DNA from: Schizosaccharomyces osmophilus
Taxonomy: Eukaryota
Length of the DNA: 64,000 nucleotides
Assembly (NCBI RefSeq): GCF_027921745.1
Contig: NC_079240.1
Span: forward strand, 496,001-560,000
Direction of reading: 5' to 3'
Both the position numbers and the translations under genes were made by a program. Below the pieces are notes generated by a model. That model did not search any database and was not told the DNA's origin. It worked only from the letters and a program-made list of their open reading frames with translations. Shown here piece after piece: positions 24,073 through 37,204 of this stretch. Position 1 is the stretch's first letter, and each line of letters starts with the position of its first letter.

Positions 24073-26844
24073 TTAGTTTATGTTTACGGGAATGAAACGT
24101 TTCGGTAGATGCACAGAATTACACCGATCTTCAATACTCTTCACAAAGTTTTGGAGGTCTAAATGCCTTGTTAAAGATCGCCTAGGTGCGACGCTAATGC
24201 AATGCTTGGCATCTAATTTCATATCTAAAGGACATTGGGCGTAACATCCTTGAGAAAGTGTTATCCTTACTGAAAACTCTTTGTTTCCAGAAGGATTTGT
24301 ACGTTCAAACAACTCAAAGCAGATCTGTGTAAGGTAGTCCAATTCAGGAATCTGATTTCGGGGCATCTTCATAGGTAACCCGGACTCAAGAATGCAATTT
24401 AACAATGTATAAATATGCGACTCTTTCGTAAAGTACATCCTCGTTGACGCGTGATCAGAATCTCTGGCTAATTTAATATCATCCAAAATTTGTCGTAGAA
24501 GGGGTACACTTGTCAATAAACCAATTTCAAGCTTTTCTTCTTGTTCTATACCATACTCCTGAGGAGAAACAAAATCGAACAGAACTTTAGCAAGATCATA
24601 CAATTCATATAACTTCTCTAGTGGTCGTTCCGTCTTTCTTGCGGATTTGCTCATGTTTGAAATCCCGTTATTGCCGGAATCATTTAAAGAACTAAAAGAA
24701 TCTCTAGTTGTTAAACCAGGATCCTGAGGGAGCCTTAAATATTGATATGGAGTAAAAATTCTTTCCAAAAACTGACGATTGTGCAATGCATCATATTTAA
24801 GGGTATCATAAAGTTCAGATACCTTAGAAGGGTCAGCTTTCTCAGAATCACAAAACTCATTAAAAAGCTTTTCCCATCGCTCCCTAAACAAAGCAGGGTT
24901 TTCACTGCAGCACCAGCGAGATTGTACTTGCTCAACTCCAGGTCCTAGTATGATAAAATTCTCGCGTAGAATGACCCGATGATACTTCATCAATTGAACT
25001 ACCTGCTGCATAACTTCACAAGGTTTGGGCATGTTTTCTGGCCATGTAAATTCTTTTCTTGCTGTATCACTAACTCTCAATAGAGACTTCAAGTGTTTCT
25101 TAACCTTATCCATTGTATCTTTAGCAGCATTTGAGTCATCCAAAAGATCTTTTCTAACCTTAAGCAAGTTATTTGCTATCGTTTCTTGCTCTAAAAAGGC
25201 CATTGCAAAAATTTCAGCAGAAGTTGAAACACGTCGTTCAGATGAGGTAAAAATTTCAACATCTTTTAGACAATCACGATTCATTATATACAAATCTTTA
25301 CGGAATTGCTCACCTAGATCCTTGGATTGGTATCGTGCTGAGTGAGTAAATTCACCACCCCATTTGATGATAAGCTGTAGCTTTGTAAGCTTTCCTTCTG
25401 AGGAGTACGCTGGTTTGAGTTGAACTTTAGTACCAGGCAAATTTTTCTTGGTGTCCAAAGCAAGTCTAAGCTGCTTAAGTTTGCTCAAATCTTCGCATTT
25501 CAACTCTGATGCTATGTTTGTAGCGGCCAAAACGCTATTCAACTGCTCATGGCGCAATATAACTTCTTCGGTGTGACCTTGAAGCAATTTAGCAAAAGGC
25601 TCAGAACTGAATGAAAATTTAAACTTTTGTTTTGGAGTACGGTCAGCATGACGAAGTACTACAACCAGACTTTTCAGTCTCCAAGCTTCACTTTCCCTGG
25701 GAGGGGGATTGAGCACTTCTTGAACGGAGGGAACACGGTTCCTTCTATGGCGTTCAGCAACATGAAACATTTGTTTTAAAATACGAGCGGCGTTGTCATA
25801 ATAATCGTTGTTATCTTTTACAAATGACCAGCCATTTACATCAATCACATAGGATCTCCCCGACACCCTTAGTAGGTCGAAACCGCAAACAGGCTGTTCG
25901 AAAGCGATCGATATCTTTGAAGCCATTGTTTTTTCCCCCTCAGACAGATTGGTAATAAAACGAATTTCTTTCCCGTGAGGATTACGTCTCACAATGCCAT
26001 CGACGACGGGTGATTTCCTTGTTTCAGCATGCCTATAATGCGAACCTACTGTGTATATTTTAACATCCTCTGCATTGTCGACATTCATGAATTGTTCATA
26101 TATATATGATCCGTCCGTGCGAGGAAAGCAAAGATCGGGATCATAATCAGAAGACTTGTTTGCAATTTTACGAAATAGTTTCCGGCCACCACCACCGGCA
26201 GATTTGGGAAAATAGATATAGATGTTGTGGTCTTCACCATAGGTAGGTTTTTCCACAAAAGGTTTTTTCAGTATTTCGCCGTCGACACAAAGTGTATCCT
26301 CATCCAGCATTTCCAACTTTGGTAAGGGTTCCTTTTTCAAATTAAAACCAAACTTTCGTTTCAATTTCTCGGCCAAGACCTTATGTAACCTTGGACCACC
26401 ATCTCGGTTGCAAATCAATCTTGGAGGAGTGGAAACGTTGATAGAGTCTAATATTTTCAAAACTAGACGGCGATCCCATAGCAATTCTTGAAATATAACA
26501 TCGTTCACGCAGAACGGTTTTCTTAAATCAACGTATCGTTCTGCTTTTTCGAGAGGAAATCCATTGGAATAGAAACAAATTAAATAATCACAAGCAGGCC
26601 AATTCTCTACCTCTTCGTCCAAAATCATGTTGTCACCGAAAACAATAGCTTCAAACTCGCCTTCGGCGATAATTCGATTTAAAATATTACGACATGGTTT
26701 CGATCGTGCCTTTGCATCCATAGCACATACACCTACCACATTATGCTTTATAGGAGGCTGAGAAGTTCCTGAAGAGACTGGCGATGTTGTTCTAGTAGAT
26801 GGTTCTGTCTCAGAAGCAGCAGAAGGCGCTCCTTTTTGAGACAT
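24073..26844 (-). CDS. asp1: Vip1/PPIP5K inositol pyrophosphate kinase/pyrophosphatase
   Basis: N-terminal ATP-grasp kinase ([23 protein letters not shown]) and histidine acid phosphatase domain ([10 protein letters not shown]). Confidence 0.95.
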   Translation of the reverse strand: MSQKGAPSAASETEPSTRTTSPVSSGTSQPPIKHNVVGVCAMDAKARSKPCRNILNRIIAEGEFEAIVFGDNMILDEEVENWPACDYLICFYSNGFPLEKAERYVDLRKPFCVNDVIFQELLWDRRLVLKILDSINVSTPPRLICNRDGGPRLHKVLAEKLKRKFGFNLKKEPLPKLEMLDEDTLCVDGEILKKPFVEKPTYGEDHNIYIYFPKSAGGGGRKLFRKIANKSSDYDPDLCFPRTDGSYIYEQFMNVDNAEDVKIYTVGSHYRHAETRKSPVVDGIVRRNPHGKEIRFITNLSEGEKTMASKISIAFEQPVCGFDLLRVSGRSYVIDVNGWSFVKDNNDYYDNAARILKQMFHVAERHRRNRVPSVQEVLNPPPRESEAWRLKSLVVVLRHADRTPKQKFKFSFSSEPFAKLLQGHTEEVILRHEQLNSVLAATNIASELKCEDLSKLKQLRLALDTKKNLPGTKVQLKPAYSSEGKLTKLQLIIKWGGEFTHSARYQSKDLGEQFRKDLYIMNRDCLKDVEIFTSSERRVSTSAEIFAMAFLEQETIANNLLKVRKDLLDDSNAAKDTMDKVKKHLKSLLRVSDTARKEFTWPENMPKPCEVMQQVVQLMKYHRVILRENFIILGPGVEQVQSRWCCSENPALFRERWEKLFNEFCDSEKADPSKVSELYDTLKYDALHNRQFLERIFTPYQYLRLPQDPGLTTRDSFSSLNDSGNNGISNMSKSARKTERPLEKLYELYDLAKVLFDFVSPQEYGIEQEEKLEIGLLTSVPLLRQILDDIKLARDSDHASTRMYFTKESHIYTLLNCILESGLPMKMPRNQIPELDYLTQICFELFERTNPSGNKEFSVRITLSQGCYAQCPLDMKLDAKHCISVAPRRSLTRHLDLQNFVKSIEDRCNSVHLPKRFIPVNIN

Positions 26845-27495
26845 TCCTTGGAGTAATAATGTCTTTTTTTTAAAAAAGTAGAAAAACCCCCTTCAAATAC
26901 GCAAATGCTGAGTTTTGAGTATTCTTAAAGTACTCGTTCTTGTTTCGTACTATATTGCATGGTTCCGCTGGATCATCTAATGTTACCTTATGGTATAGAC
27001 AACTTCCATCAGACATTCCTCTTTCCCCAAAGAAGTGTGGACCTTTGTAGACAACAATTGACCTTTTCATATTCTTTCCTTCGTATTAGCTTACATGCCT
27101 GAATCCTTTCATCCTGAAAATTGGCCCAGTATACCAATGATTTTCAACTACGAAGATTTCAACTTTTCCTTATAGCAGAATTATTTCTCTTTATAAAACT
27201 AACTTCTATTGAACTTGTAGGAAGAATTCTTCAAAGGAATCTTTTCCTTTTTATATTGTTGTAAATAATAGGATTCTTTAGTTCATGGATGAATCGCTAT
27301 GCTGCGTAATTTAGTTTACGCATTTACAGTAGCTATCCGTACCAAGAATAACGTTACACGAGCTCTCGCGCAAAAGGAAGAAAGTGGAGGTTTTCATTCC
27401 TCCTGCCTTTGACAAATCCATTGATTTGCACTTGACCGTAAAAGCACCTAATTGACGGCTTTCGGTGCAGAAACAAGGCATATCTGAGATTTAAA

Positions 27496-30314
27496 ATGCC
27501 GTTTACTGAGAAGAAGAGAAAAACTCAAGATATTAACGTGAAACCATTGAGGAAATCGAGGATTTTTGCGCGTATGTACTTTATGTGCAGGAAGCAAGAT
27601 ATATGGCTAACAAATATTTAGCTTTTCGATCCATTGGCTATGTTTCAAACCACATACCTTTTGACATTGAAGTTCGTGGTACTCACTTTCTAGTTTCAAC
27701 ATGCGTTGGAAATTCTTTTCAAACTTACGATTGTGAACGACTCAATCTTTTGTTTGTCGGTAAACAGCTGGAACGAGAGATTTCTTGTCTAAAATCATAC
27801 AAGGATTTTATGCTGGCTGGGTCTGGCTCTAAGCTTTTTGCTTATAAGCGAGGCAAAATTGTCTGGGAAATAGATTTGGAATCGTCAGCTGGTGAGATTG
27901 TGCAATTGGATGCTTTTGGTGAATGGATCATTGCGACTAGCAGTACACGCCATGTTCATGTTTGGAAACATGTTTCCAAATACGAACTGCCAGAGTTACA
28001 TACGGTTTTTCAACCTACGGCCAATGCGGACGTAACTGCAATGATTCATCCTAGCACGTACTTGAATAAAGTTCTATTTGGATTTTCTGATGGCTCCTTC
28101 CAATTATGGAATATGAAAACGACAAAGTGTGTTTACAAATTCAATGATTTGGCTGGCAATGCCATTACCTCTCTTGCTCAGGCTCCTGTAGTTGACGTCC
28201 TTGCCATCGGTACTGCAAGTGGTCAAATTTTGCTGTATAATATAAGAAATGCCACCATTATAATGGAATTTCGTCAAAGTGGCCGTGTCCTCTCCTCTTC
28301 CTTCCGAACGGACGGTGTACCGGTTTTGGCGACATCGAATCATCAGGGAGACATTTCCTTCTTCGATTTATCAAAACGTCGTGTCCAAAATGTTGTCTAT
28401 GGAGCTCATCATGGTTCTATTCCCAAACTTCAATTCTTAAATGGTCAGCCTTTGTTGGTTACTGCCGGTCCTGACAACTCTCTCAAGGAATGGATCTTTG
28501 ACTCCATGGATGGTGCTCCCAGAGTCTTGCGTCTCCGCAATGGCCATTATGAGCCTCCCTCTTACATCCAATTTTATGGCCAAAGCGTCCATTTCCTCCT
28601 TTCCGCTGCCACTGATAATACGCTACGTGCTATCAGCCTTTTCCAAGATAATCAAACCGTTGAGCTATCCCAGGGCTCCGTTACCTCGAAAGCGAAAAAA
28701 TTGAATGTTCGTCCGGATGAATTAAAGCTTCCCGAAATAATTTCCATGTCTTCTTCTAATACCCGCGAAAAATACTGGGATAACATCCTTACTGCTCATA
28801 AGAATCATAATGCTGCTCGTACCTGGAGCTGGAAAAACAAGACTTTAGGTCAGCATGTTCTACCAACGACGGATGGTACCCCTGTTCGCGCCGTTTGTGT
28901 TAGTTGCTGTGGTAATTTCGGTATGGTGGGTAGTTCCAAGGGCCTTGTAAACGTTTATAACATGCAAAGTGGTATTTTGAGAAAATCTTTTGGTCACGAA
29001 CAGCAGAGCGGCAAGCCTGTAACATCTATTATGGTTGACAACGTCAATCGAGTTTTGGTTGCATCCTCTTTGGATGGTAATTTGCGTTTCTGGGATTTCA
29101 ATAAAGGGTCTCTGATCAATACTATTGATATGGGCAGTTCTATCACGAATGCTATTTACCATCATGCGTCCGATCTCATAGCTGTTATCTGCGATGACTT
29201 TGGCATTCGCATCGTCGATGTTCAAACAAAAAAAATCGTTCGTGAATTATGGGGCCACTCGAATCGTTTGACTGACGTCGATTTCTCCAACGATGGACGC
29301 TGGTTAGTTACAGCATCTTTAGATGGAACTATTCGTACTTGGGACTTGCCAACAGGCCACTTGATTGATGCAATTACTACCGGTAGTGTATGTACTGGCT
29401 TGTCTTTTGGACCTACCGGTGATTATTTGGCAACGTCTCACGTTGATCAGATTGGAATCAGTTTATGGACCAATCTTTCAATGTTTAAGCATGTGTCTAC
29501 GAAATCGCTACGATTGGATGATATCACTGAGGTTTCTCTTCCATCAATTTCCGGCGAGAAGGGAACGTCGCTGGTACAAGCTGCCTTGAATGCTGAAGAA
29601 GATGAGGAAGAGGATGATGATATTTTATACACCACAGCTGATCAAATTGACGGTCAGTTACAGACTCTCAGTAAACTTCCTCGAACACAATGGCAGACTC
29701 TTGTGAGCATGGAGTTGATTAAAGCTCGTAATGCTCCTAAAGAGGCACCTAAGGCACCTGAGAAGGCGCCGTTCTTTTTGCCGTCTCTGAAAGAACAATC
29801 AGAGGGGCTTGTTTCAAAGCTTGATGAAACAAATAATGACGAGCGAAACCGACCAAAATTGGCTTCCTCAATGCAAACCGTTACAACCAGATTTTCCGAA
29901 CTCTTGCATGCTGCAGATGGTAAGTTTAAGAATTTGTGTGAGAGTTAATGGTAGATGTATTAACAAATTTTAGATGATGTATTCTTTGAATATTTAAAGA
30001 CTCTGCCACCAGCTAAGACCGATTTAGAAATCCGCTCTCTGGAGGCATACCCACCTTACGAAGAATTCATTTTATTTATCAATAGCATGACTTCCCGGTT
30101 AGCAAGCCGTCGGGACTTTGAGCTGGTACAGGCTTATATGGCAGTTTTCATTAAAGCACATGAAGATGTTTTGTTGTCTTCAGATGCTTTGGAAGAAAAA
30201 GAAAACGTTTTGAATGCATTGAAAACTTGGGATGCTGTGCAAAAGGAAGAAAACAATCGATTGCTAGATTTGGTTCATTATTGCTCTGGTGTCTTGAGTT
30301 TTATGCGGACTTAG
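27496..30314 (+). CDS. utp21: U3 snoRNP/SSU processome WD-repeat protein Utp21; exons 27496-27571, 27622-29919, 29974-30314
   Basis: SRIFAPFRSIGYVSNH after splicing, many WD40 repeats, C-terminal Utp21 domain (PKAPEKAPFFLP; DFELVQAYMAVF). Two canonical introns. Confidence 0.92.
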
Positions 30315-30588
30315 AATACTATGAATTGAGTATAAGGGAAAAAGGGATTTTCAAAAAAAAAAGAATAGTTGTGTGTATGCACTAATTGTTTCATAAGCTT
30401 ATTATTTTTGGGGTTAAATAGAATACAGGTTTCTTACTACATTTAAACATGAAGTATATAGAAAACTTTAGAATGCTATTTTAGTATATATTTGGTGAAC
30501 CGACATAGTACATAGCGGTATCGAATTCGCGTAGTTTGTACAATTTTGAACAATACAAATGTTATAATAATTGCTTATAGCAATAACT

Positions 30589-30661
30589 GCTCCCGTGGCC
30601 TAATGGCTAGGGCATTTGACTTCTAATCAAGGGACTGCGGGTTCGAGTCCCGCCGGGAGCT
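30589..30661 (+). tRNA. tRNA-Arg, anticodon UCU, no intron
   Basis: Acceptor stem GCTCCCG/CGGGAGC, A-box TGGCCTAATGG, anticodon arm TTTGA-CT-TCT-AA-TCAAG, T-loop GGTTCGAGTCC, followed by a T run (Pol III terminator). Confidence 0.96.
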
Positions 30662-31101
30662 TTTTTAGTTTAGATCTTTTTTGGACGGGATTTAAAGAAA
30701 CCCAAAAACAAGAAATTTTTATTTTTCGTGAAGAGCAAATTAAAGAACTCACCGGAAGGTTGCTTGAACGATCAATAAACTTACTTCTTAAACTCTGACC
30801 GTAACTGAGAAAAGAGACAATTTGTACGAATACAGAATGCGCCGAATCAATTAAAACCTTATACATTTCCTAATTTTTATAAAAATTTCAACTGAACTGC
30901 TCTAAACCCGAAAATACTATACAATATCTGATTTCTTTTTTTGAAATAAGGGCGATCCCAAAAAAGTAAACATTAGTTTTGCGTCCTCTATAAAAAGGAT
31001 TGCGCAGAAACGGTGATCAAGCGAAATCAACAACTCAGAACGGTGAACGCAAACTATAAACATAAAAGAATGTCCAAGTATTGCAAACATTAAAACCAAT
31101 T

Positions 31102-32022
31102 TTAATGTTTCATAGAGCTGTAATCTCTAAGAATATTAAGATGGGTATTTGTAACCTTTCCACGTCTGGTTTTAGGTTTCTTTTGTTTTTGAGCAGTAGA
31201 TGCTGCTGGTTTTTTGATGGTTGAGGGATCTACGCTTGTCGGCTTCAAGCCATACTTTCCAAGTTCAGATGCCAAATCCAAGGTGGGAGGAATGGGGATT
31301 TCATGCCAGACAGTTTGGAATTCCTTGTCGATAACGCAATTGCTACTTTTGTCGTTTCTCCATACCATTCTGGGAATTCCATCTTTCCGAGTTCTCAGCA
31401 GTAGAACTTCCCCTTGTTTTTCAAGTTCTTCTAATTCAGCTACAACATTTGGCCAGCCGTCCCTAAGCTCCTTGATACTCATTCCTGTATGTGTCTTTTG
31501 AGAATCCAAATAAGCCAAGAGCCCAGGAGCAGAGCGAATATTATGTAAAGGTTTAAAGGCAAAAGTTTCTGTTCGTTCATCATAATAAATACGTTCATTT
31601 TTTTTCAAGAGCTTTAATAACATAGGTGTCAATGGCGTCGAAAGATATGAAGCAATCTCTTCTGCGGTTTTAGGGTCATTTCTCTCCTTCAAATATTCGA
31701 CGGCATAATGAAGTTGAGATAAGTAATGGGTTCCGACTCCTGAATCGGCTGGTTGAGAGTACACTGATTGACCTAGTTAATAAGAATTCAAATGCAATGA
31801 ACATGTTTATCGTCCAACATTAAACATACCCAAGTTCGCCTTGGAACGACGTTTCTTCAGCGTCAATCCTGGGCTTGATACGGCTGAAGTAGGTTCATTT
31901 GGAGTATTAGAGCGGACACTGGCTGTCGGTGATGTTGATGTATGGACTTGTGGTTTGGCATAGACAGGCTGGTTGGCGACTTTTTTTTTAAAGGATGATA
32001 ATTGTTCACTTAAAGAACTCAT
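31102..32022 (-). CDS. tfa2: Transcription factor TFIIE beta subunit; exons 32022-31830 and 31763-31102
   Basis: MSSLSEQLSSFKKK start, YSQPADSG...YAVEYLK, FKPLHNIRS, KELRDGW, KVTNTHL. Intron GTATGT...TTAAC...CAG. Confidence 0.93.
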
Positions 32023-32254
32023 AACAGCCTACTAACAAATAGAAAGGTTGATCTCAAACGTTTCGAGTCCACCAAATTTCGTGATAAACCACCACCAAAG
32101 AATAGTCTACTAATAATTTCGTTTAAACACAAAAATGAAGGAAATATTCCTCGAGATTTGATTCAGTCTATTTTTCGTTCTCCAAAGGTGGTGCAAGTTT
32201 AGAGATATGGCGAATGGCAAGTTTCATTGAACCATTCCACCATTAATATGCAAA

Positions 32255-34031
32255 ATGCTTCGTTTACCATTTCTCAGACGCTTAAAATGGTAAGCATATT
32301 TTAGAAAATCAATACTGATGTTTTAGGAACGAATATGTATCTCTCTTTCTGGGGTTTTTATTTGTTATGTTTGAGAAATTGCTTTCGGGTGTTGTGTTTG
32401 CAATTCACTTCACACTTGGGTCTGTATGGAAGAAATTTTATAGAGAATGGACAAAACGATATCCGGAAAAGCCTGCGACCCCGTTTGTTGAACGAGCTCG
32501 GGCCATTCACGATGCAGATGATATTCGTCAGATGTGCAGTATTTCTGGATACAACGTTGAGGAACACCTTGTAAGGACTCAAGATGATTACATTCTTTGT
32601 ATTCATAGAATATCAAAGGACAGTCCTGGAAAAATAGGCATGTCAATTCCTAAAAGGCTACCCGTCGTATACTGCCATCATGGACTATTGATGAATTCCG
32701 AAGTGTGGGCTTGTAACATTGATCCGGACAACTGTTTAATATATCAACTTGTTAATGAAGGATATGACGTTTGGGTATGTTTCTCTGCTGTGCTTTTGAC
32801 GGTTGGACTTGAAGGCTCAGTTGTGTTTTATACCATCCGTATTGTTCTGACAGATTCTTTTATAGCTTGGGAATAACAGGGGAAATAAGTACAGTCGGCA
32901 GCATCTCCGGTTTGACTCTACAGATCTCGACTTTTGGAATTTTAGCATTGATGACTTTGCTCACTACGACATTCCCGACACTATTGATTACATTTTGAAT
33001 ACTTCTGAGCAAAAGCAGCTAACTTATATTGGATTTTCTCAAGGAAGCGCACAAGCATTTGCCGCACTAAGTGTTCAGCCTCTGTTAAATGAAAAAGTGA
33101 ATTGTTTCATAGCGTTGGCACCCGCAATGAGTCCCAATGGATTGCACAATCAGATTGTTGATGCCTTTGTAAAGGCACGACCCTCTATTTTATTTTTCCT
33201 CTTTGGTCGGAAGTCCATCCTACCGTCGGCTGGCTTTTGGCAAAGCATACTACGTGAGTAAAAATAAAAAAAAGGCAAAATTTTTGAGGAAGATTATGAT
33301 TTCTAACACTTTACAGCAAGCGCACTTTTTAATCGTGTATTGTCTTTCTGTCTTCTACAGTTGTTTAACTGGAGCTGTGCTGCTATATCACCGTTGCAGC
33401 GACATGCGTCATTTGCTCATTTGTATTCGTATACAAGCGTAAAGTGCCTTGTCCATTGGTTTCAAATCATGCGCTGTGCAGAGTTTCGAATGTACGACAA
33501 TGATCAGATTGCCCATGACTACTTTTCCAAGCATTATAGAGCTGCCCGATTTCCGACGAAGAATATCCGTACTCCCATTCTGTTGTTTTGGGGCGATTCA
33601 GATTCCTTGGTAGATATCCAATCCATGCTGAACTCTCTACCTCCAATGGCTGAGCAGATTAGGGTAAGATTGCTGACATTCGAGATTGCTGACATTCTCA
33701 ATAGATCCTGGGGTATGAGCATTTGGATATGATATGGGCAGATACGACTCATATGTATGTAAATCCTCTAGTATTGGAGCGGCTTGGTGTGATTTATGCT
33801 GGCTCGCGCTCAAAAGAAAGTGCTAAAGAAAAGGCTACCGAATTTCAGAGCCTACGAACTCAAAAGCAGTACGAAGGAGACGAGGATTATGAAGAAGAGA
33901 AGGCCGAGGAAGACAAAAAGGTGGATACACGCTCAAAACGTGGTAAGAAAAGGCAGAAAAAATGGGGATGGAATTTGAATGAAGAGGATTCGAAAAAGAC
34001 ATACCAATCAAACGTAGACCCTACTATTTGA
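32255..34031 (+). CDS. Acid lipase / sterol esterase (Tgl1/Yeh-like alpha-beta hydrolase); exons 32255-32289, 32327-32774, 32866-33253, 33317-33663, 33705-34031
   Basis: N-terminal hydrophobic segment, HHGLLMNSEVW, GYDVWLGNNRGNKYS, GFSQG nucleophile elbow, DSLVD, YEHLDMIW. Four canonical introns keep the frame. Confidence 0.9.
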
Positions 34032-34740
34032 CGAATTTCCCGGTTCCTTACTTAGTGTATTAATGGAAAACTCGTCATCGTCATGCCGAAGCATATATTA
34101 TGCTTGTTAATATTTAATAATTGCTTTATCTGCTTATGTTTATGTTTATGTATACTTTAATTCTTACAAAAATGGTAATAAACAGAGTTTTATTTTCCTA
34201 TATAAACCTGATCATTGCAAACTGTAAGTTCTCGTACACAACCCTTTTGCCGTAGAAAATCGAAAGGAAAGACTCTAGTAGAGTCTCTTGATTTTCAAAC
34301 TAGACAATGAGTTGGAATCACTTTCAAGAACGCAATCGTCATTGGGCAGTTTCTATTGTGATTATTGCGAATTACTAGTTGTTTGAGTCGCTTTACACTG
34401 GTTGATGCATAAGAAGGAAACAAGAAACAAAAGCCAAATACTCTCGTATTCCCAAAGAATCCTTGAAGAAATTAAATTCTTTCCATATAACTGTTCCACT
34501 TCAATTTAGAAAGGAAACAAAAAAAAAAAAAAATAAAGACAGCAGATTCGAATTTTTATTTTGTTTATTTATTTTATCTTTATTTACATATTTACTTTTC
34601 CTCGGTAAACTTTAAGGCTCGCAAAATTAAGCTAAAACACATTGACCAACCTTTGTTTACATTTGTTTTCGTTGACGAAAATTTTCTTTCGCCGTCACAA
34701 TTTTGCTGTTAATGTAACTTCTCACGACCTCCGCAACCAA

Positions 34741-34788
34741 ACCCTACCCCGAATAACTAGAAAACAGTCACAAGACTTTTCTATATAA
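34741..34788 (+). promoter_or_regulatory. Homol E (ACCCTACCC 34741-34749), Homol D (CAGTCACA 34765-34772) and TATA (TATATAA 34782-34788) promoter cluster
   Basis: Near-consensus Homol E, exact Homol D and a TATA box within 50 bp. The nearest downstream protein-gene ATG (mis16) is about 580 bp away. Confidence 0.8.
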
Positions 34789-34811
34789 GGGAAGAAGAAA
34801 CTTCCTAATTC

Positions 34812-35001
34812 ACCATCATCAGTAGGATTTAACTTACTTTGTTATATAAGTAAAGTAAATTCAACCTGAATCCACAGTATGATGATTGGAGTCTTCGGAC
34901 GAAGAAAATACATCCGTTCCGTTTTCAGTGATTATTGAGTAGCTATCCCGGTCGTTGATTGTTTTTCATCCTTCAAGGGTGGGATAGTTTCTCGTACATT
35001 T
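34812..35001 (+). ncRNA. Putative independently transcribed H/ACA-type snoRNA (candidate guide for the U equivalent to S. cerevisiae 25S Psi2944); ends approximate
   Basis: Starts about 25-30 nt after the TATA. Hairpin with stems CTGAA/TTCAG and GATG/CATC, a cUUCGg loop and pocket CGTTCC. 3' stem GAGTAGCTATCCC/GGGATAGTTTCTC followed by ACA-TTT. Complementarities to 25S rRNA are based on recalled sequence. Confidence 0.65.
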
Positions 35002-35370
35002 TTAGGTATAGAATTTTGTATTAGTTTGTGAGTCACGAATCACGAATAGTTGGGTTTGTCCGTAAATCGAATGAAAATTGAAAATTTATCAAAATACGAG
35101 TCGTCTGTAAAGTTTCCTGAGTCAGTTGACGAAGGGGATTGTAAAGAATATATTACCTCGAGAGGGACTTGTAAATCGAGTGTCGAGTTGTTTTCAATTG
35201 TAAAATAACTGGAGAAGTGTGGTTTATTCTTCTGTAGGTTAAGGTGAAGTCTCAGCTCGAAGTGATCAGTTTTTATAGTTGTTGAAAGGAATATACGAAT
35301 TTGAACAAGTGTAGAAAGGGTACAACCATTCATTGTGATTGTATTGAGATATTTCATTTTACCAAAAACC

Positions 35371-36972
<1,602 letters not shown>

Positions 36973-37204
36973 TAACGAAAAAAGTGATCTACTATAACCG
37001 GCTGTATACATTTTAATTTTACCATACTTTTGAAATAGACTATGAACTTAGCAATACATGATTCCTCCTTTATTGACTATCTATGTCACTCAGTAGTATT
37101 TTTTTTTAAATTTATAAACAAAAAAGAGTGTTAACTGTCATTTATCAAAACGTATGAAAAACCAAAAAACCGAAACAAAAAACTCAATAAACCAACAATG
37201 TCAC

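Noticed and set aside
31764..31775. Alternative in-frame TAG acceptor in the tfa2 intron, 9 nt before the CAG (similar AGs follow branch sites in sec15, lig4 and lipase introns)
   Set aside because: The AG directly abuts the branch motif and is too close to be used; this is ordinary spliceosome behaviour.
34271..34285. Short inverted repeat GACTCTA-G-TAGAGTC
   Set aside because: A single 7-bp arm palindrome is expected by chance in 64 kb.
34879..34962. ATGATGA read as the C box of a box C/D snoRNA
   Set aside because: No CTGA D box at a suitable distance (only TTGA). The motif is explained as a stem strand in the H/ACA-like fold, which also accounts for the terminal ACA.
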